DNA from: Spirochaetia bacterium
GTDB lineage: Bacteria > Spirochaetota > Spirochaetia > Treponematales > Rectinemataceae
NCBI GenBank assembly: GCA_029975555.1
Contig: JARKOY010000146.1
Coordinates: 13,727 to 77,726, forward strand
DNA length: 64,000 nucleotides
Direction: 5' to 3'
Position numbers and translations under genes: made by a program. How positions within the stretch are numbered: position 1 is the first letter of the stretch; every line of letters starts with the position of its first letter. The notes below the pieces were generated by a model. It saw only the letters and a program-made list of their open reading frames with translations. It was not told the DNA's origin and did no database searches. Positions 38,403-48,726 of this stretch are shown in pieces.

Positions 38403-39413
38403 TCAGATGTGAATATTCCCTTCGAGCATTTCTTTGACCTTGAAATCGAACTGGACACCGAGGAACCGCCTCTGGAGCATATCGGCATATTCGGCCGAAG
38501 CGTGATCCCCTGTTTCCAGAGGACATATTTCTGCTATCTTGCCCTGCACAACCCTGACGATAGCCCGCGCTCTCCGCTGCGAAACCACTATCGAAAAGGG
38601 AGGACTCTGACCCAAAAGCCAGTCCGACGAACCAAATCGATCTCTGAAGGCATCGAAATCCTCGCGATCGATACAGAAAGCGACTTCATCGTCGCCAAAA
38701 TCTTCAAAACTCTTAAGCGACAAGTGCCGAAGCGTCCCTGAAACATGCCCATTCAAAAACTCGTCAAGCTTGGCGAGCCTGGGCTCCATGCCCAAAAGGC
38801 TCACCGATAAGCGCGACGCCGCTTCGTCTACCGACAGCGAGGGAACAAACCGAGAGAGGTTGACCGGATAGGCGGGCACCGAGGCGATCGACAGATCTTC
38901 GAATACCCTGATACCGCCCAACGAAGCACACAGCGCCTGAAGGTCGGCGGCTACAAGCAGGGTCCCGTGATGCAGCACATTGCGCGTGCCGAACCGCCTG
39001 GCCGTGCCGGAAATCTTGCCCTGCGTTTCGCCGTCTCCCATTGCGACAAAAATTCCCCCTCTGTCGCCCGGACGAGCATAGACGCCGAGCTCCGAAATGG
39101 CCTTTGCCATCAAAGAAAGCTCGTCATGCTGGGAGTGCAGAACACGCGGCACAATCAATGCCCAATTCAAGTTGCCCGCATCGTGGTACACGGCACCTCC
39201 CCCAGAAGAGCGGCGGTACACAGGCACCTTGCACAGGGGAGACACTTCCCGCCAATAATTCTGATTGCGACCGATGATCACTGAAGGCGGATTGACATAG
39301 AAGAGCAGCATCATTTTGTTGCCTGTCCATACATTGACTAGACACTCCTCAAAGGCGATGATGTCGAGTGGATTGTCGGCGACCACCTTGTACGCTTGAG
39401 CGATCATCTGCAT
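38403..39413 (-). CDS. lplA: lipoate-protein ligase A family protein
   Basis: RRSSGGGAVYHDAGNLNW and GKISGTARR motifs, plus an LplA-type C-terminal domain. Confidence 0.88.
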   Translation of the reverse strand: MQMIAQAYKVVADNPLDIIAFEECLVNVWTGNKMMLLFYVNPPSVIIGRNQNYWREVSPLCKVPVYRRSSGGGAVYHDAGNLNWALIVPRVLHSQHDELSLMAKAISELGVYARPGDRGGIFVAMGDGETQGKISGTARRFGTRNVLHHGTLLVAADLQALCASLGGIRVFEDLSIASVPAYPVNLSRFVPSLSVDEAASRLSVSLLGMEPRLAKLDEFLNGHVSGTLRHLSLKSFEDFGDDEVAFCIDREDFDAFRDRFGSSDWLLGQSPPFSIVVSQRRARAIVRVVQGKIAEICPLETGDHASAEYADMLQRRFLGVQFDFKVKEMLEGNIHI

Positions 39414-39538
39414 ATTGAAAATATATACAAATACTTATTACACACCAAAATCTGTGCGCAGCGCGGCGTATAGAGAGGCGGCACTGCGTCGGTGCGTGCC
39501 TTTGTATGGAAAAATATTCGAAAGCTAAACGAGAGCAT

Positions 39539-39578
39539 AAAAAGAAGAGGCCGCCCATCTGTTCGGGCGGCCCTCTTC
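39539..39578 (-). terminator. strong intrinsic terminator of the lipoprotein gene
   Basis: Minus strand: 13-bp GC-rich stem (GAAGAGGGCCGCCC / GGGCGGCCTCTTC, one bulge), 8-nt loop, then TTTTT. Lies 40 nt after the stop at 39620. Confidence 0.8.
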
Positions 39579-39619
39579 TCGGTGTGACGCTTATGCACGA
39601 CTATAGTCGCACAACCAAC

Positions 39620-40219
39620 TTACTGAGCGGTGAATCCTGCGGCTTCGAGCGTGGACTTGAGCTCATCGAGGCTGGACTTAACCGTGTTGAGCTGATCTTT
39701 GGCGCCAGCGTAATCCTGAGAATCGTTCGCGGCCTTCGCGGCAGTGATCGTCTCGCCTGCAGCAGCGACCTTCGCGTTGATGTCTTTCACATTGAGCTTC
39801 GCCTTGGCAGCCTTCTTGGCATCCTTCGACGCAGCCTGCGCAAGAGCCTGCACATTGGCATACTCTGTATCGATATCGGTAATGAGCTGAGCTACCTCGC
39901 CCTTGACCTTATCCATGTTGGTCGCGGCCGCCTCTTTTGCCTTCTTCGCTGCATCGGCAAACGACTTGATCAGCTCGTTCGCCTGCTTGTAGGACTTGCC
40001 AGAGGTCTTGGCATCCTGAGCGGCGAGTTCCGCATCGAGTGCAGCCTTGGCATCCTGAGCAGCCTTGAATTCATCAGGAGCATACACATCGGCCTTGGCG
40101 TTCTGGGCATCGGTAAATGCAGCATTGGCCGCATCGAGGTCCGACTGAGCAAGCTTTGGCGCGCAGGAGAACAGCAACAGCGCGACAAGCGCAGCACCGA
40201 TTACCTTTACCAGCTTCAT
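39620..40219 (-). CDS. Ala/Lys-rich alpha-helical lipoprotein (function unknown)
   Basis: Start MKLVKVIGAALVALLLFSC (lipobox). SD ggagga. Low-complexity repeats (AAQDAKAALDAELAAQDAK). The track ORF extends 54 codons upstream. Confidence 0.75.
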   Translation of the reverse strand: MKLVKVIGAALVALLLFSCAPKLAQSDLDAANAAFTDAQNAKADVYAPDEFKAAQDAKAALDAELAAQDAKTSGKSYKQANELIKSFADAAKKAKEAAATNMDKVKGEVAQLITDIDTEYANVQALAQAASKDAKKAAKAKLNVKDINAKVAAAGETITAAKAANDSQDYAGAKDQLNTVKSSLDELKSTLEAAGFTAQ

Positions 40220-40566
40220 ACAATCCTCCAAAAAAGAGACACAAAGCGCAGAGCTGGCGCTCCATCGAAGCGCCGCATCTGTTCTTTCTTGCGAAAATAT
40301 ACCTTCAGCAACAAAATATGTCAAGATATGCAAATATAGGGAATATTTCATAATTTCATATAAAATATGATAATGTCGCAAAATATGAAACGTTTTGCAG
40401 AATTGTTGCCATTTTTTGATTCTTCGGGGCTGTTCGCGAAATAAATCAAGATTCTGCCTTTTTTAATAGCAAGCGCCGAGGGGTGCACAGAGACAGCCCG
40501 CATGCGAGAGAGCTGCTCCCCCGAAATAGGCTTTTGAACTTTTTGCGCCCTGGGCCCTGAGCCTCG

Positions 40567-40983
40567 CTATTCCCCAATGATCTTCACCAGGACCCGCTTG
40601 CGGCGCCGGCCGTCGAATTCGCCGTAGAATATCTGCTCCCACGGCCCAAAGTGCAGCCGGCCCTCGGTGACAGCGATCACGACCTCGCGGCCCATGATTT
40701 GACGTTTGAGGTGCGCGTCGGCATTGTCCTCACCCACATTGTGGCGATACGACTCGACCGGCTCGTGTGGCGCGATCCGCTCGAGCCAGTCGTCGAAGTC
40801 GCGGTGTAGCCCCGCCTCGTCGTCGTTGATGAACACGCTTGCGGTGATGTGCATGGCGTTCACTAGACAGAGCCCTTCGCGCACGCCCGACTCGCGCAGA
40901 GCTTGCTCAACCTGTTCGGTGATATTGATGAATTCCCGCCGTCTCTTCGTCTCGAACCACAATTCTTTAGTGTAGGATTTCAT
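40567..40983 (-). CDS. yjbQ: YjbQ/UPF0047 family protein (secondary thiamine-phosphate synthase-like)
   Basis: 138 aa. EFINITEQV...[20 protein letters not shown]...NADAHLK pattern. Confidence 0.85.
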   Translation of the reverse strand: MKSYTKELWFETKRRREFINITEQVEQALRESGVREGLCLVNAMHITASVFINDDEAGLHRDFDDWLERIAPHEPVESYRHNVGEDNADAHLKRQIMGREVVIAVTEGRLHFGPWEQIFYGEFDGRRRKRVLVKIIGE

Positions 40984-41340
40984 ACGTTATAATAGTGAAA
41001 GAAAAAGCGAGGATTGTAAAGGAGCATCGGGCAGGCCGTAAAAAAGGCCGTAAAAAAATGTTCTCGAATCAACGATTGCCGCGCGGAGGTGTCCCCTTGG
41101 CTTGCACGCAGAGGGAAATGTCTGGGGAGGATTCCGCGAAGTTCTTCACGTGGATATTTCTGCAATTCCGCATGTTGTCACATATTCTCTGTGAAAAGGC
41201 TCAGCCTCGACAAGCCTCCTGAAATGTACCGTGGCGCCCACTCCATTATTCCAGATGGAATATCCGGGGTTCTAGTGAGATTCTCCCCCACCAAAGCACA
41301 ATCGCCGCGCAGATGCAGAACATGCACGCGTCCTGCCCGC

Positions 41341-43044
41341 TCACCAACAGGCGATGGAGGAGTCGGTGCGGCCTTCGGTACCCCCGATGAGGGTGCCGTT
41401 CGGCATACGGAGGATGATTTGCCCTCTCCCAAAGGGCGTGCTGTCCTCGCTGACGTCGATGTCGTGGCCGCGCGCGGCGAGCGTTTGAAGAATATCGGCG
41501 CAAAAGCCACGCTCGACGAGGAACTTCATGCCACCCATCCACTGCCACCGCGGCGCATCGAGGGCCTGTTGCGGATTGAGCCCAAAATCGATGAGGTTCG
41601 TCACCACCTGCACATGGCCCTGCGGCTGCATATACCCGCCCATCACGCCGAAAGGGCCAAGCGCGCGGCCATCCCTCAACAGGAAACCTGGGATGATGGT
41701 GTGGTAGGTCTTCTTCCGAGGAGCGAGGCAGTTGGGGTGCGAAGGATCGAGCGAAAAATCTGCACCGCGGTTCTGAAGGCTTATGCCCGTGCCGCGGACG
41801 ACGATTCCGGAGCCGAAACCCATGTAGTTGCTTTGAATGTATGAAACCATGTTTCCTTCCCCATCGGCGGTGCAGAGATAGACGGTCCCCGAGGAGGGCG
41901 GTGTGGTGGGAGAATAGAGTTTTGCGCGGCCGGAGGTATCGATTTCCTGCGCACGGAGCCTCCCATAGTCAGCTCGCAGAAAACTGCGATACGGAATACG
42001 CATCGAGCCTGGGTCGGTGACATGTGCCATGCCGTCGGCAAAGGCGAGCTTCATCGCCTCCCACTGGAGGTGGAAGGCCTCTGCAGATTCGCGCTCCTTG
42101 AAATCGAATTCCTTGAGAATGTTGAGCGCCATCAGCGCGACGATGCCCTGACCGTTGGGAGGAATTTCTGCCACGGTGTAGCCTCGGTAATCTACGCTGA
42201 TGGGCTCCACCCAGGATGCACGGTAGGCTTCGAAGTCCTCCTTAGAGAAAAATCCGCCGAATGCCTCGCTGTCCTCGACGATGCGGTCGGCGAGTTCGCC
42301 TCGGTAGAAGGCTTCCGCGTTCGACGCGCCGATGAGCTCCAGCGTGCGGGCATGGTTCGGGAGGCGCACGATCTCGCCGGCTTCGGGCGCGCGCCCTTCC
42401 GGGGCAAAGGTGCGGAACCACTCGTCGAATTCCGATGTGGTGCAGACCGCACGATATTTCTCGAATGCGCGCTTCCACATGCGCGCGAGGTTGGCGGATA
42501 CGGGGTAGCCTTCTCGGGCATACTCCACTGCAGGCTTTACGACCTCAGCGAGCGATAGAGCCCCGAAGCGCGAGACAAGTTCTGCCCATCCACTCGGCGC
42601 ACCAGGCACCATGGTGGGAATCCATCCGAACACGGGCATGGATGCGCTCAGCGCTCCTTGAATACCGGATTGAGCGTCGATCGAAGGGCGAGGGCTCTGT
42701 GCGGGGCGCTGTGCTGCAGCCTGAGGTGAAGCGAGCGCCTTGAGCACCTTTTCGATCGAGATGCTTGCGGGTGCCCATCCGCTCGCGTTGAGTCCATAGA
42801 GCTTCCCCTCGCGTTCGATCCAGACGAGGGCGAATGCATCACTGCCGATACCATTCGCCGTGGGCTCCACGACCGTGAGCGCAGCTGCCGCAGCAACCGC
42901 CGCATCCACCGCATTTCCGCCCTTGTGCATCGCGGCAAGGCCCGCCGCCGATGCCTGCGGCGAAGAGCTCGCGACCATGCCGTGTCGTGCATACACCGGA
43001 TACCGCATCGACGGATAAGGCAGATAAGTAGGATCAAAATGCAT
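41341..43044 (-). CDS. ggt: gamma-glutamyltransferase family protein, no signal peptide
   Basis: 567 aa. HGMVASSSPQASAAG...GGNAVDAAVA..., autoprocessing/nucleophile context SSGTVYLC, and GGYMQPQGH. The N-terminus goes straight into the catalytic domain. SD aaaggag. Confidence 0.88.
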   Translation of the reverse strand: MHFDPTYLPYPSMRYPVYARHGMVASSSPQASAAGLAAMHKGGNAVDAAVAAAAALTVVEPTANGIGSDAFALVWIEREGKLYGLNASGWAPASISIEKVLKALASPQAAAQRPAQSPRPSIDAQSGIQGALSASMPVFGWIPTMVPGAPSGWAELVSRFGALSLAEVVKPAVEYAREGYPVSANLARMWKRAFEKYRAVCTTSEFDEWFRTFAPEGRAPEAGEIVRLPNHARTLELIGASNAEAFYRGELADRIVEDSEAFGGFFSKEDFEAYRASWVEPISVDYRGYTVAEIPPNGQGIVALMALNILKEFDFKERESAEAFHLQWEAMKLAFADGMAHVTDPGSMRIPYRSFLRADYGRLRAQEIDTSGRAKLYSPTTPPSSGTVYLCTADGEGNMVSYIQSNYMGFGSGIVVRGTGISLQNRGADFSLDPSHPNCLAPRKKTYHTIIPGFLLRDGRALGPFGVMGGYMQPQGHVQVVTNLIDFGLNPQQALDAPRWQWMGGMKFLVERGFCADILQTLAARGHDIDVSEDSTPFGRGQIILRMPNGTLIGGTEGRTDSSIACW

Positions 43045-43108
43045 ACGAATCGCTCCTTTTACGAAGGATCACGTTAAGAAGGATCGTGCGCACCGCAGCG
43101 GTCCGCAC

Positions 43109-44110
43109 TCACGCGTAGACGTGACACGCAACGAAATGCCCCTCCTCGATTTCCCGCAGCTCAGGTTTTTCCTTCGAACAGAGAAGCATACGCCGAGGGC
43201 AGCGGGTGTGAAAGGGGCATCCAGGGGGTGGAGCAATTGCACTGGGCACCTCACCCTCAAGAATACGTTCCTTTTGTGCCCGGTCATGCACAACGGGCCT
43301 CGGCACCGCATCCAGGAGAGAAACGGTATATGGGTGGAGCGGACTACGAAAGAGCACTTTCGAAGGAGCAAGCTCACAGACATTTCCTAGGTACATCACC
43401 AACACCCGATCGCAAAAGTACTTCACCACGCCGAGATCGTGGGTAATAAAGAAATATGTGAGGTTCTTTTCTCTGTTCAATGCTTCGAGCAAAAGGAGTA
43501 TCTGCGCCTGAATCGACACGTCGAGGGCGGACACCGATTCGTCCAACACCACAAATTTCGGATCCAACGCAATTGCGCGCGCAATGCCGACGCGTTGTTT
43601 CTGTCCTCCCGAAAGCTGGTGCGGATAATATTCGAAGTGCTCGCGCTTCAAACCGACTTTTTCAAGGAGCACAAGTGTCTTTTCTTTTCGCACCGAGGGA
43701 GCATAGTCAGTGTTGATTTTGAACACCTCTTCTATCGTCGAGCCAACAGTCTGTCGCGGATCGAGGCTTGCCGCAGGATCCTGAAATACGATCTGCATGT
43801 CGCGCCGCAGCACACGCATCTCCTGAGGCCTCAGCTTGGTGAGATCGATGCCATTTTCCCCACATGCAGGCGACACTCCCTCAAGACTCCTCCCATAGTA
43901 GATGCAGGCGCCGCTCGTCGGTGGATAGAGCTGTAAGATCGTCCGTCCGAGAGTCGACTTCCCGCAGCCCGATTCCCCAACGACGCCGAATTTTTCTCCT
44001 TCGTAGATCGAAACGCTTATGTCCTCGAGCGCATGCACGACGAGGCCACGCTTTATGGGGAAGTATTTCTTTAGTTTCTTCAATTCGAGGATGACATGTC
44101 GTTCGCTCAT
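43109..44110 (-). CDS. Opp/Dpp-type ABC transporter ATP-binding protein (DppF-like)
   Basis: Start MSERHVILEL with an ATGA overlap onto the upstream gene. GESGCGKST, LSGGQKQR, C-terminal CPFHTRCP. Confidence 0.92.
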   Translation of the reverse strand: MSERHVILELKKLKKYFPIKRGLVVHALEDISVSIYEGEKFGVVGESGCGKSTLGRTILQLYPPTSGACIYYGRSLEGVSPACGENGIDLTKLRPQEMRVLRRDMQIVFQDPAASLDPRQTVGSTIEEVFKINTDYAPSVRKEKTLVLLEKVGLKREHFEYYPHQLSGGQKQRVGIARAIALDPKFVVLDESVSALDVSIQAQILLLLEALNREKNLTYFFITHDLGVVKYFCDRVLVMYLGNVCELAPSKVLFRSPLHPYTVSLLDAVPRPVVHDRAQKERILEGEVPSAIAPPPGCPFHTRCPRRMLLCSKEKPELREIEEGHFVACHVYA

Positions 44111-45081
44111 CGTGCACTCTCTTTCACGTTCCAACAGGCGACCCTGTGCCCCGGAACGAATTCGATTTCGACAGGCGTCTCTTGCCTGCAGCGCTCAGTC
44201 GCATAAGGGCATCTCGGATGGAATCTGCAGCCACGGATCTCTTCGGTCACGTGTGGGAGAGTACCAGGAATGGCCTGAATCACGAAATCTTCGGCGTCGA
44301 CATTGGGCACCGCGTGCAAAAGCCCTTGAGTGTAAGGATGCCTCGGTGCACCGATAATGGCCTCCACCGGACCTTCCTCGACTTTCATTCCAGAATAGAG
44401 CACCACCACGCGGTCGGCGATCTCCGCGACCACCCCAAGATCATGCGTGATGAAGAGAATCCCCGCGTCCATGTCTTTTTTGAGCGCATTGAGAAGCGCG
44501 AGGACCTGTTTCTGAATCGTCACATCGAGTGCGGTCGTCGGTTCGTCCGCGATGATGAGGCTCGGCTGCAGCGACATCACGAGTGCAATCATGATGCGCT
44601 GGCGCAAACCTCCGCTCAGCTGAAACGGAAATTGCTTGAGCCGCTCGACAGGGTTCGCGACGCCTACTTTCTTGAGATATTGCACCGCAAGCTCACGGGC
44701 TGTCTTGGAATCGAGTCTTTTATGATACCGCAATCCTTCCGTCAACTGATATCCTATCGTCAGAAGCGGATTGAGCGCCGTCATGGGCTCTTGAAAGATC
44801 ATCCCCGCCTTTTCGCCGCGAAGCGCATTGCGCGCTCGATGTGAAAGAGTGGTGAGCTCTTGACCGTCGAGCACGATGCTTCCAGATGCAACGTGAGCAT
44901 TGACAGGCAGCAGATCCATAATGCTGAGTGCCGTGACACTCTTGCCGCAGCCAGATTCTCCGACCATGCAGACTGTCTCTCTTCTATGGATGTCGAACGA
45001 AATGCCACGAAGCACCGGATATTCGCGTTTGGCGATGCGAAACGTGGTGACCAAATCTTTTACTTCAAGAATCTTTTCCAT
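44107..45081 (-). CDS. Opp/Dpp-type ABC transporter ATP-binding protein (DppD-like)
   Basis: 324 aa. GESGCGKSV, LSGGLRQR, CRFHPRCP. Confidence 0.92.
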   Translation of the reverse strand: MEKILEVKDLVTTFRIAKREYPVLRGISFDIHRRETVCMVGESGCGKSVTALSIMDLLPVNAHVASGSIVLDGQELTTLSHRARNALRGEKAGMIFQEPMTALNPLLTIGYQLTEGLRYHKRLDSKTARELAVQYLKKVGVANPVERLKQFPFQLSGGLRQRIMIALVMSLQPSLIIADEPTTALDVTIQKQVLALLNALKKDMDAGILFITHDLGVVAEIADRVVVLYSGMKVEEGPVEAIIGAPRHPYTQGLLHAVPNVDAEDFVIQAIPGTLPHVTEEIRGCRFHPRCPYATERCRQETPVEIEFVPGHRVACWNVKESAR

Positions 45082-45117
45082 AGGCGCATCCGTTTCCGTC
45101 CCCTAAATGAGCGCGCG

Positions 45118-45143
45118 GGGGCGCAGCACGAAGTCTGCGCCCC
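45118..45143 (-). promoter_or_regulatory. intercistronic GC stem-loop after the binding-protein gene
   Basis: A 9-bp stem GGGGCGCAG/CTGCGCCCC (45118-45126 pairs with 45135-45143), 8-nt loop, no T-tract. Likely an mRNA-stabilising or partial-termination element. Confidence 0.45.
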
Positions 45144-45158
45144 TCGTCCTTTTCATTG

Positions 45159-46703
45159 CTATTGCGCGATTGCAAAATCGCAGAGATAGAAGGTACCGCT
45201 GACGTCGTTCGTCACATTGGCGTACGCATCGTTGTAGGCAAAAATGTTCACGGCATTGTAGACCGGCACCGCCCAGGCTTCTTGGAGGATCATTTTGTTC
45301 GCCGCATCGAGTTTTTTGATACGCTCGGCTTTATTGGTGGTGGTCTTTCCTTGATACACCAATTTATCGAACTCAGGATTGTCGATCTTCGAGCGCGCGC
45401 TCACCTTGGACTCCCAGTTGGGCTCGAGCAGCTCGGTGCCGTCGCGAGTCACGTTTGCCCATCCCGCGAGAGAAAGGTCGAAGCGATTCGGCAGCTTGCT
45501 TTCGGTGAGCCAAGCAGACCAATCGATGGTTTCGATCTGCACGTTATTAAAGCCGACTGCTTTGAGATTCGCCTGGAAGAACTCGCCCATCTTGCTGTAC
45601 TGTGGCGTGCTGGGCACAAGGAATTTTATTTTTTCGTTTTCCCAATGGTTTTCCTTTATTGCGGCTTTGGCAGCAGCAGGGTCGTATTTATAGCCGTAAC
45701 TCTCGGCTTGAGGCGTATAGCCGAACACCTTCGGGCCAATGATGCTCCCCGACCATGCCGCATAATTTTCCATAATGCTCTCGACATAGCCTTTTGTATC
45801 GAGGGCCTTGGCGATGGCGACGCGGAACTCCTTTTTGCCCATGAGCGGGTTCACCCAAGAATTCGGCCTGAGCATGACATAGGTGATCCGCGCCGATTCC
45901 GAAGTGCCGACTTTGACGCCGGGGATCGATTTGACGCGATCGATCTGCGGCACAGAGAGTTCGGGCATAAAATCTGCTTCGCCTGTCTCCATACGAGCGA
46001 TGGCGGTCGATTCATCCTGGATGACGGTCATGGTCACGTTTTTGATTACAGGGAGCTTGCCCCAATATTGATCGTTGCGAGTCAGCACCACGTTCGACCC
46101 GGACACCGAACTGACGAACTTGTAAGGGCCTGTGCCGACCGGCTTCACCATGAGGTCCTGCTTCGCCTGAGCGCTGGGAGAGACAATGGCGGAGTTGGTG
46201 TGCGCCAGCTTCGCCAAAAGCACGCCGTCCGGATAGGAGAGATTGAAGCGGATGGTGTAATCGTCGAGCACGTCCATGCTGGCAATCGAAGCGGCGAGGG
46301 AGGCGCGGGCCGAACCGAATTTCGGATCCTTGATGAGCGAGAATGTGTATTTCACCGCCTGCGCATTGAAAGGCGTGCCGTCATGAAACTTGATTCCCTT
46401 GCGCAATTTCACGGTTGCGGATTTTCCGTCCGGAGAGAATTCCGGCAGCTCTTCGGCGAGCAAGGGGATATAATCGCCGGCTGGACCGATTCGATACAGC
46501 GTTTCGTAGATCTGCGCATTGACATAGGTCGATGCTTGGTCGTTCGTCCTCAGTGGATCGAAGCCGGTAAAGGCCGCGGTCAATGCGATATTGAACATTT
46601 TATCGCCGGTCACTTTTTTGTTGGCTGCGAACGCCCCATTGGCAGCAACGAACGCGAGTGCGATGAGCACGAGAGCGAGCAGAGTCGTTCGTGTTGTTTT
46701 CAT
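45159..46703 (-). CDS. family-5 ABC substrate-binding protein (peptide/glutathione/nickel type)
   Basis: 514 aa. Signal peptide MKTTRTTLLALVLIALAFVAANGAFA. SBP_bac_5-like. SD aaggagg. Confidence 0.9.
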   Translation of the reverse strand: MKTTRTTLLALVLIALAFVAANGAFAANKKVTGDKMFNIALTAAFTGFDPLRTNDQASTYVNAQIYETLYRIGPAGDYIPLLAEELPEFSPDGKSATVKLRKGIKFHDGTPFNAQAVKYTFSLIKDPKFGSARASLAASIASMDVLDDYTIRFNLSYPDGVLLAKLAHTNSAIVSPSAQAKQDLMVKPVGTGPYKFVSSVSGSNVVLTRNDQYWGKLPVIKNVTMTVIQDESTAIARMETGEADFMPELSVPQIDRVKSIPGVKVGTSESARITYVMLRPNSWVNPLMGKKEFRVAIAKALDTKGYVESIMENYAAWSGSIIGPKVFGYTPQAESYGYKYDPAAAKAAIKENHWENEKIKFLVPSTPQYSKMGEFFQANLKAVGFNNVQIETIDWSAWLTESKLPNRFDLSLAGWANVTRDGTELLEPNWESKVSARSKIDNPEFDKLVYQGKTTTNKAERIKKLDAANKMILQEAWAVPVYNAVNIFAYNDAYANVTNDVSGTFYLCDFAIAQ

Positions 46704-46768
46704 ACTGTTTCCTCCTTACAAAATTTGTACCCGCCGAAGGGCAGGAACCGATTTCTACATTGCTTTGC

Positions 46769-47665
46769 TCAGTCTTTTAAACTCGGATCGAGAATATCCC
46801 TCAGCTTGTCGCCCAGTATGTTGAAGCTGATGACCGTCAGCATCACTGCGATGCCGGGTATAAAAATCAGACTCGGCATTTTCCACATGTACTCCTTTGC
46901 CTGAGCAATCATGCTGCCCCACTCAGGTGCAGGCGGTGGGACCCCCATTCCCAAATAACTCAACGTCGAGATCGAAATAATCGAAGTGGCCATGCGCATC
47001 GTCGCGATGACGATGATGAGAGGAAGACAATTTTTTAGGATGTGGATGAAAAGAATGCGGCCGTCTTTTGCGCCAGTCGCGCGGACCGCCAAAATATAGT
47101 CTTCTTCTTTGATTTGCAGCGCCCTCCCTCGCACCATTCTTGCAAAATTGGGAATCGACCAGATGCTGATCGCGAGCATCGCATTGAACGTACTCACCCC
47201 CAACAGCGCAACGATCAGCATGGCGAGCAGAATGCCAGGGAACGTAAAAAGAATGTCCATCAGGCGCATGATGGGGTTATCGAGACGTTTGTAATACCCC
47301 GCGAGGAGCCCGAGGAAGGTTCCTACCACGAGACCGAGCGCCGTCGACACGAAACCCACCATCAGCGAGACGCGCCCTCCGATCACGAGACGCGAGAACA
47401 CATCGCGCCCAAGGTGATCAGTGCCGAAGATGTGCCCAGGCACATACTTTGCCGCGTAGCTCGCATCGCGTGAGAACTTCGCCCAAATGCCAGGCGAAAA
47501 CTTGATCGCCACATTGGTTTCATCCGGACTGAAGGGAGCGATCAGTGGTCCGAGGGCCAGCAGTATGATTTCCAAGACAAGGAATACGGCGCAGGCAGTG
47601 GCAAGTTTGTTTTTGAAAAGTTTGGCGAACGCAGAAACCAGGAGGGCTTGTCGGTGAGTGCTCAT
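46769..47665 (-). CDS. Opp/Dpp-type ABC permease (DppC-like)
   Basis: 298 aa, polytopic. Confidence 0.9.
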   Translation of the reverse strand: MSTHRQALLVSAFAKLFKNKLATACAVFLVLEIILLALGPLIAPFSPDETNVAIKFSPGIWAKFSRDASYAAKYVPGHIFGTDHLGRDVFSRLVIGGRVSLMVGFVSTALGLVVGTFLGLLAGYYKRLDNPIMRLMDILFTFPGILLAMLIVALLGVSTFNAMLAISIWSIPNFARMVRGRALQIKEEDYILAVRATGAKDGRILFIHILKNCLPLIIVIATMRMATSIISISTLSYLGMGVPPPAPEWGSMIAQAKEYMWKMPSLIFIPGIAVMLTVISFNILGDKLRDILDPSLKD

Positions 47666-47675
47666 TGGAGGTGCC

Positions 47676-48617
47676 TCAATCGTATCGGATGCGCGGGTCG
47701 ATCACGCTGTAGAGAATATCCACTCCCAAGTTGATGAGAATGAACATCGCCGCAATGATCAGCACGGTGCTCTGCACAACAGGGTAGTTGCGCGTATTGA
47801 TCGCATTGATGAGATAAGTCCCGATGCCATTGACCACGAACACCTGCTCCGTGATGATCGCCCCGCCCAGCAAGCTTCCGAAGCTTGTGCCGAACTGCGT
47901 GACGAGCGGGATGAGCACGTTGCGCAAGGCATGGACCATGATCACGATCCACCCCGAAAGCCCTTTCGATTTTGCGGTGCGGATGTAGTCTGACTGCAGC
48001 ACTTCCAGCATCGAGGAGCGCCCTATACGCGTAAAACTTGCGATTGTAGCAGTCGAGAGGGCAACGGCAGGCAGAACAATCTGGCGCACCCCCTGGGAAG
48101 TCCAAAATGGCGCGCTCATTCCTCCCGAAGGCAGCCAGCGCAGTTTGACCGAAAAAAGGTAGATCAGCATAGTACCGAGCCAAAAGTTAGGAATAGATAT
48201 CCCAGCAAGCGAGGCGGTGGTGAGCACATTGTCCGTAAGCCGATCCTTGCGCAATGCCGCAACGATGCCCGCCGGTATCCCTACCACAATCGAGAGAAGA
48301 ATGCTCGCCACCGCGAGATTGAGGGTATTGGGCAGACGAATCGCAATCTCTTTCGCAATCGGCTGATGCGTCGAATATGAAGTGCCGAGATCGAAGTGCA
48401 AAAGACGGGAAAGATACAATCCATACTGGACGAGAAAAGGCTTGTCGAGGCCGAGAACGCTCCGTATGCGCGCAATATCCTCCTCGGTCGCGGAAGGGCC
48501 TGCAACCATCTGCGCAGGATCTCCCGGCGCAATGTACAGGCTTGCGAATACGATGAAGGTCAGCGCAATCAGCAACATCAGCATTAAAGCGATCCTCTTG
48601 CCGATATACTTCGCCAC
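47676..48617 (-). CDS. Opp/Dpp-type ABC permease (DppB-like)
   Basis: 313 aa. GTG start with a strong SD aaggagga. Confidence 0.9.
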   Translation of the reverse strand: MAKYIGKRIALMLMLLIALTFIVFASLYIAPGDPAQMVAGPSATEEDIARIRSVLGLDKPFLVQYGLYLSRLLHFDLGTSYSTHQPIAKEIAIRLPNTLNLAVASILLSIVVGIPAGIVAALRKDRLTDNVLTTASLAGISIPNFWLGTMLIYLFSVKLRWLPSGGMSAPFWTSQGVRQIVLPAVALSTATIASFTRIGRSSMLEVLQSDYIRTAKSKGLSGWIVIMVHALRNVLIPLVTQFGTSFGSLLGGAIITEQVFVVNGIGTYLINAINTRNYPVVQSTVLIIAAMFILINLGVDILYSVIDPRIRYD

Positions 48618-48726
48618 ACCATCCTCCTTACCAGTGGCCTGAGGTATCTCTAATTCCTCACAATCTCGAAAAACTGCGCAACAGTACCAAACTAAACGCT
48701 ATACTGAGGACATAAATTAAGGATTC

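Noticed and set aside
40984-41340. TPP riboswitch upstream of yjbQ
   Set aside because: Reading the minus strand, I found no CUGAGA / ACCUGAUCUGGAUAAUGCCAGCG-type core. The promoter-like element abuts the ATG.
41089-41844. 251-aa plus-strand ORF
   Set aside because: Mostly antisense to ggt, no SD, low-complexity translation.
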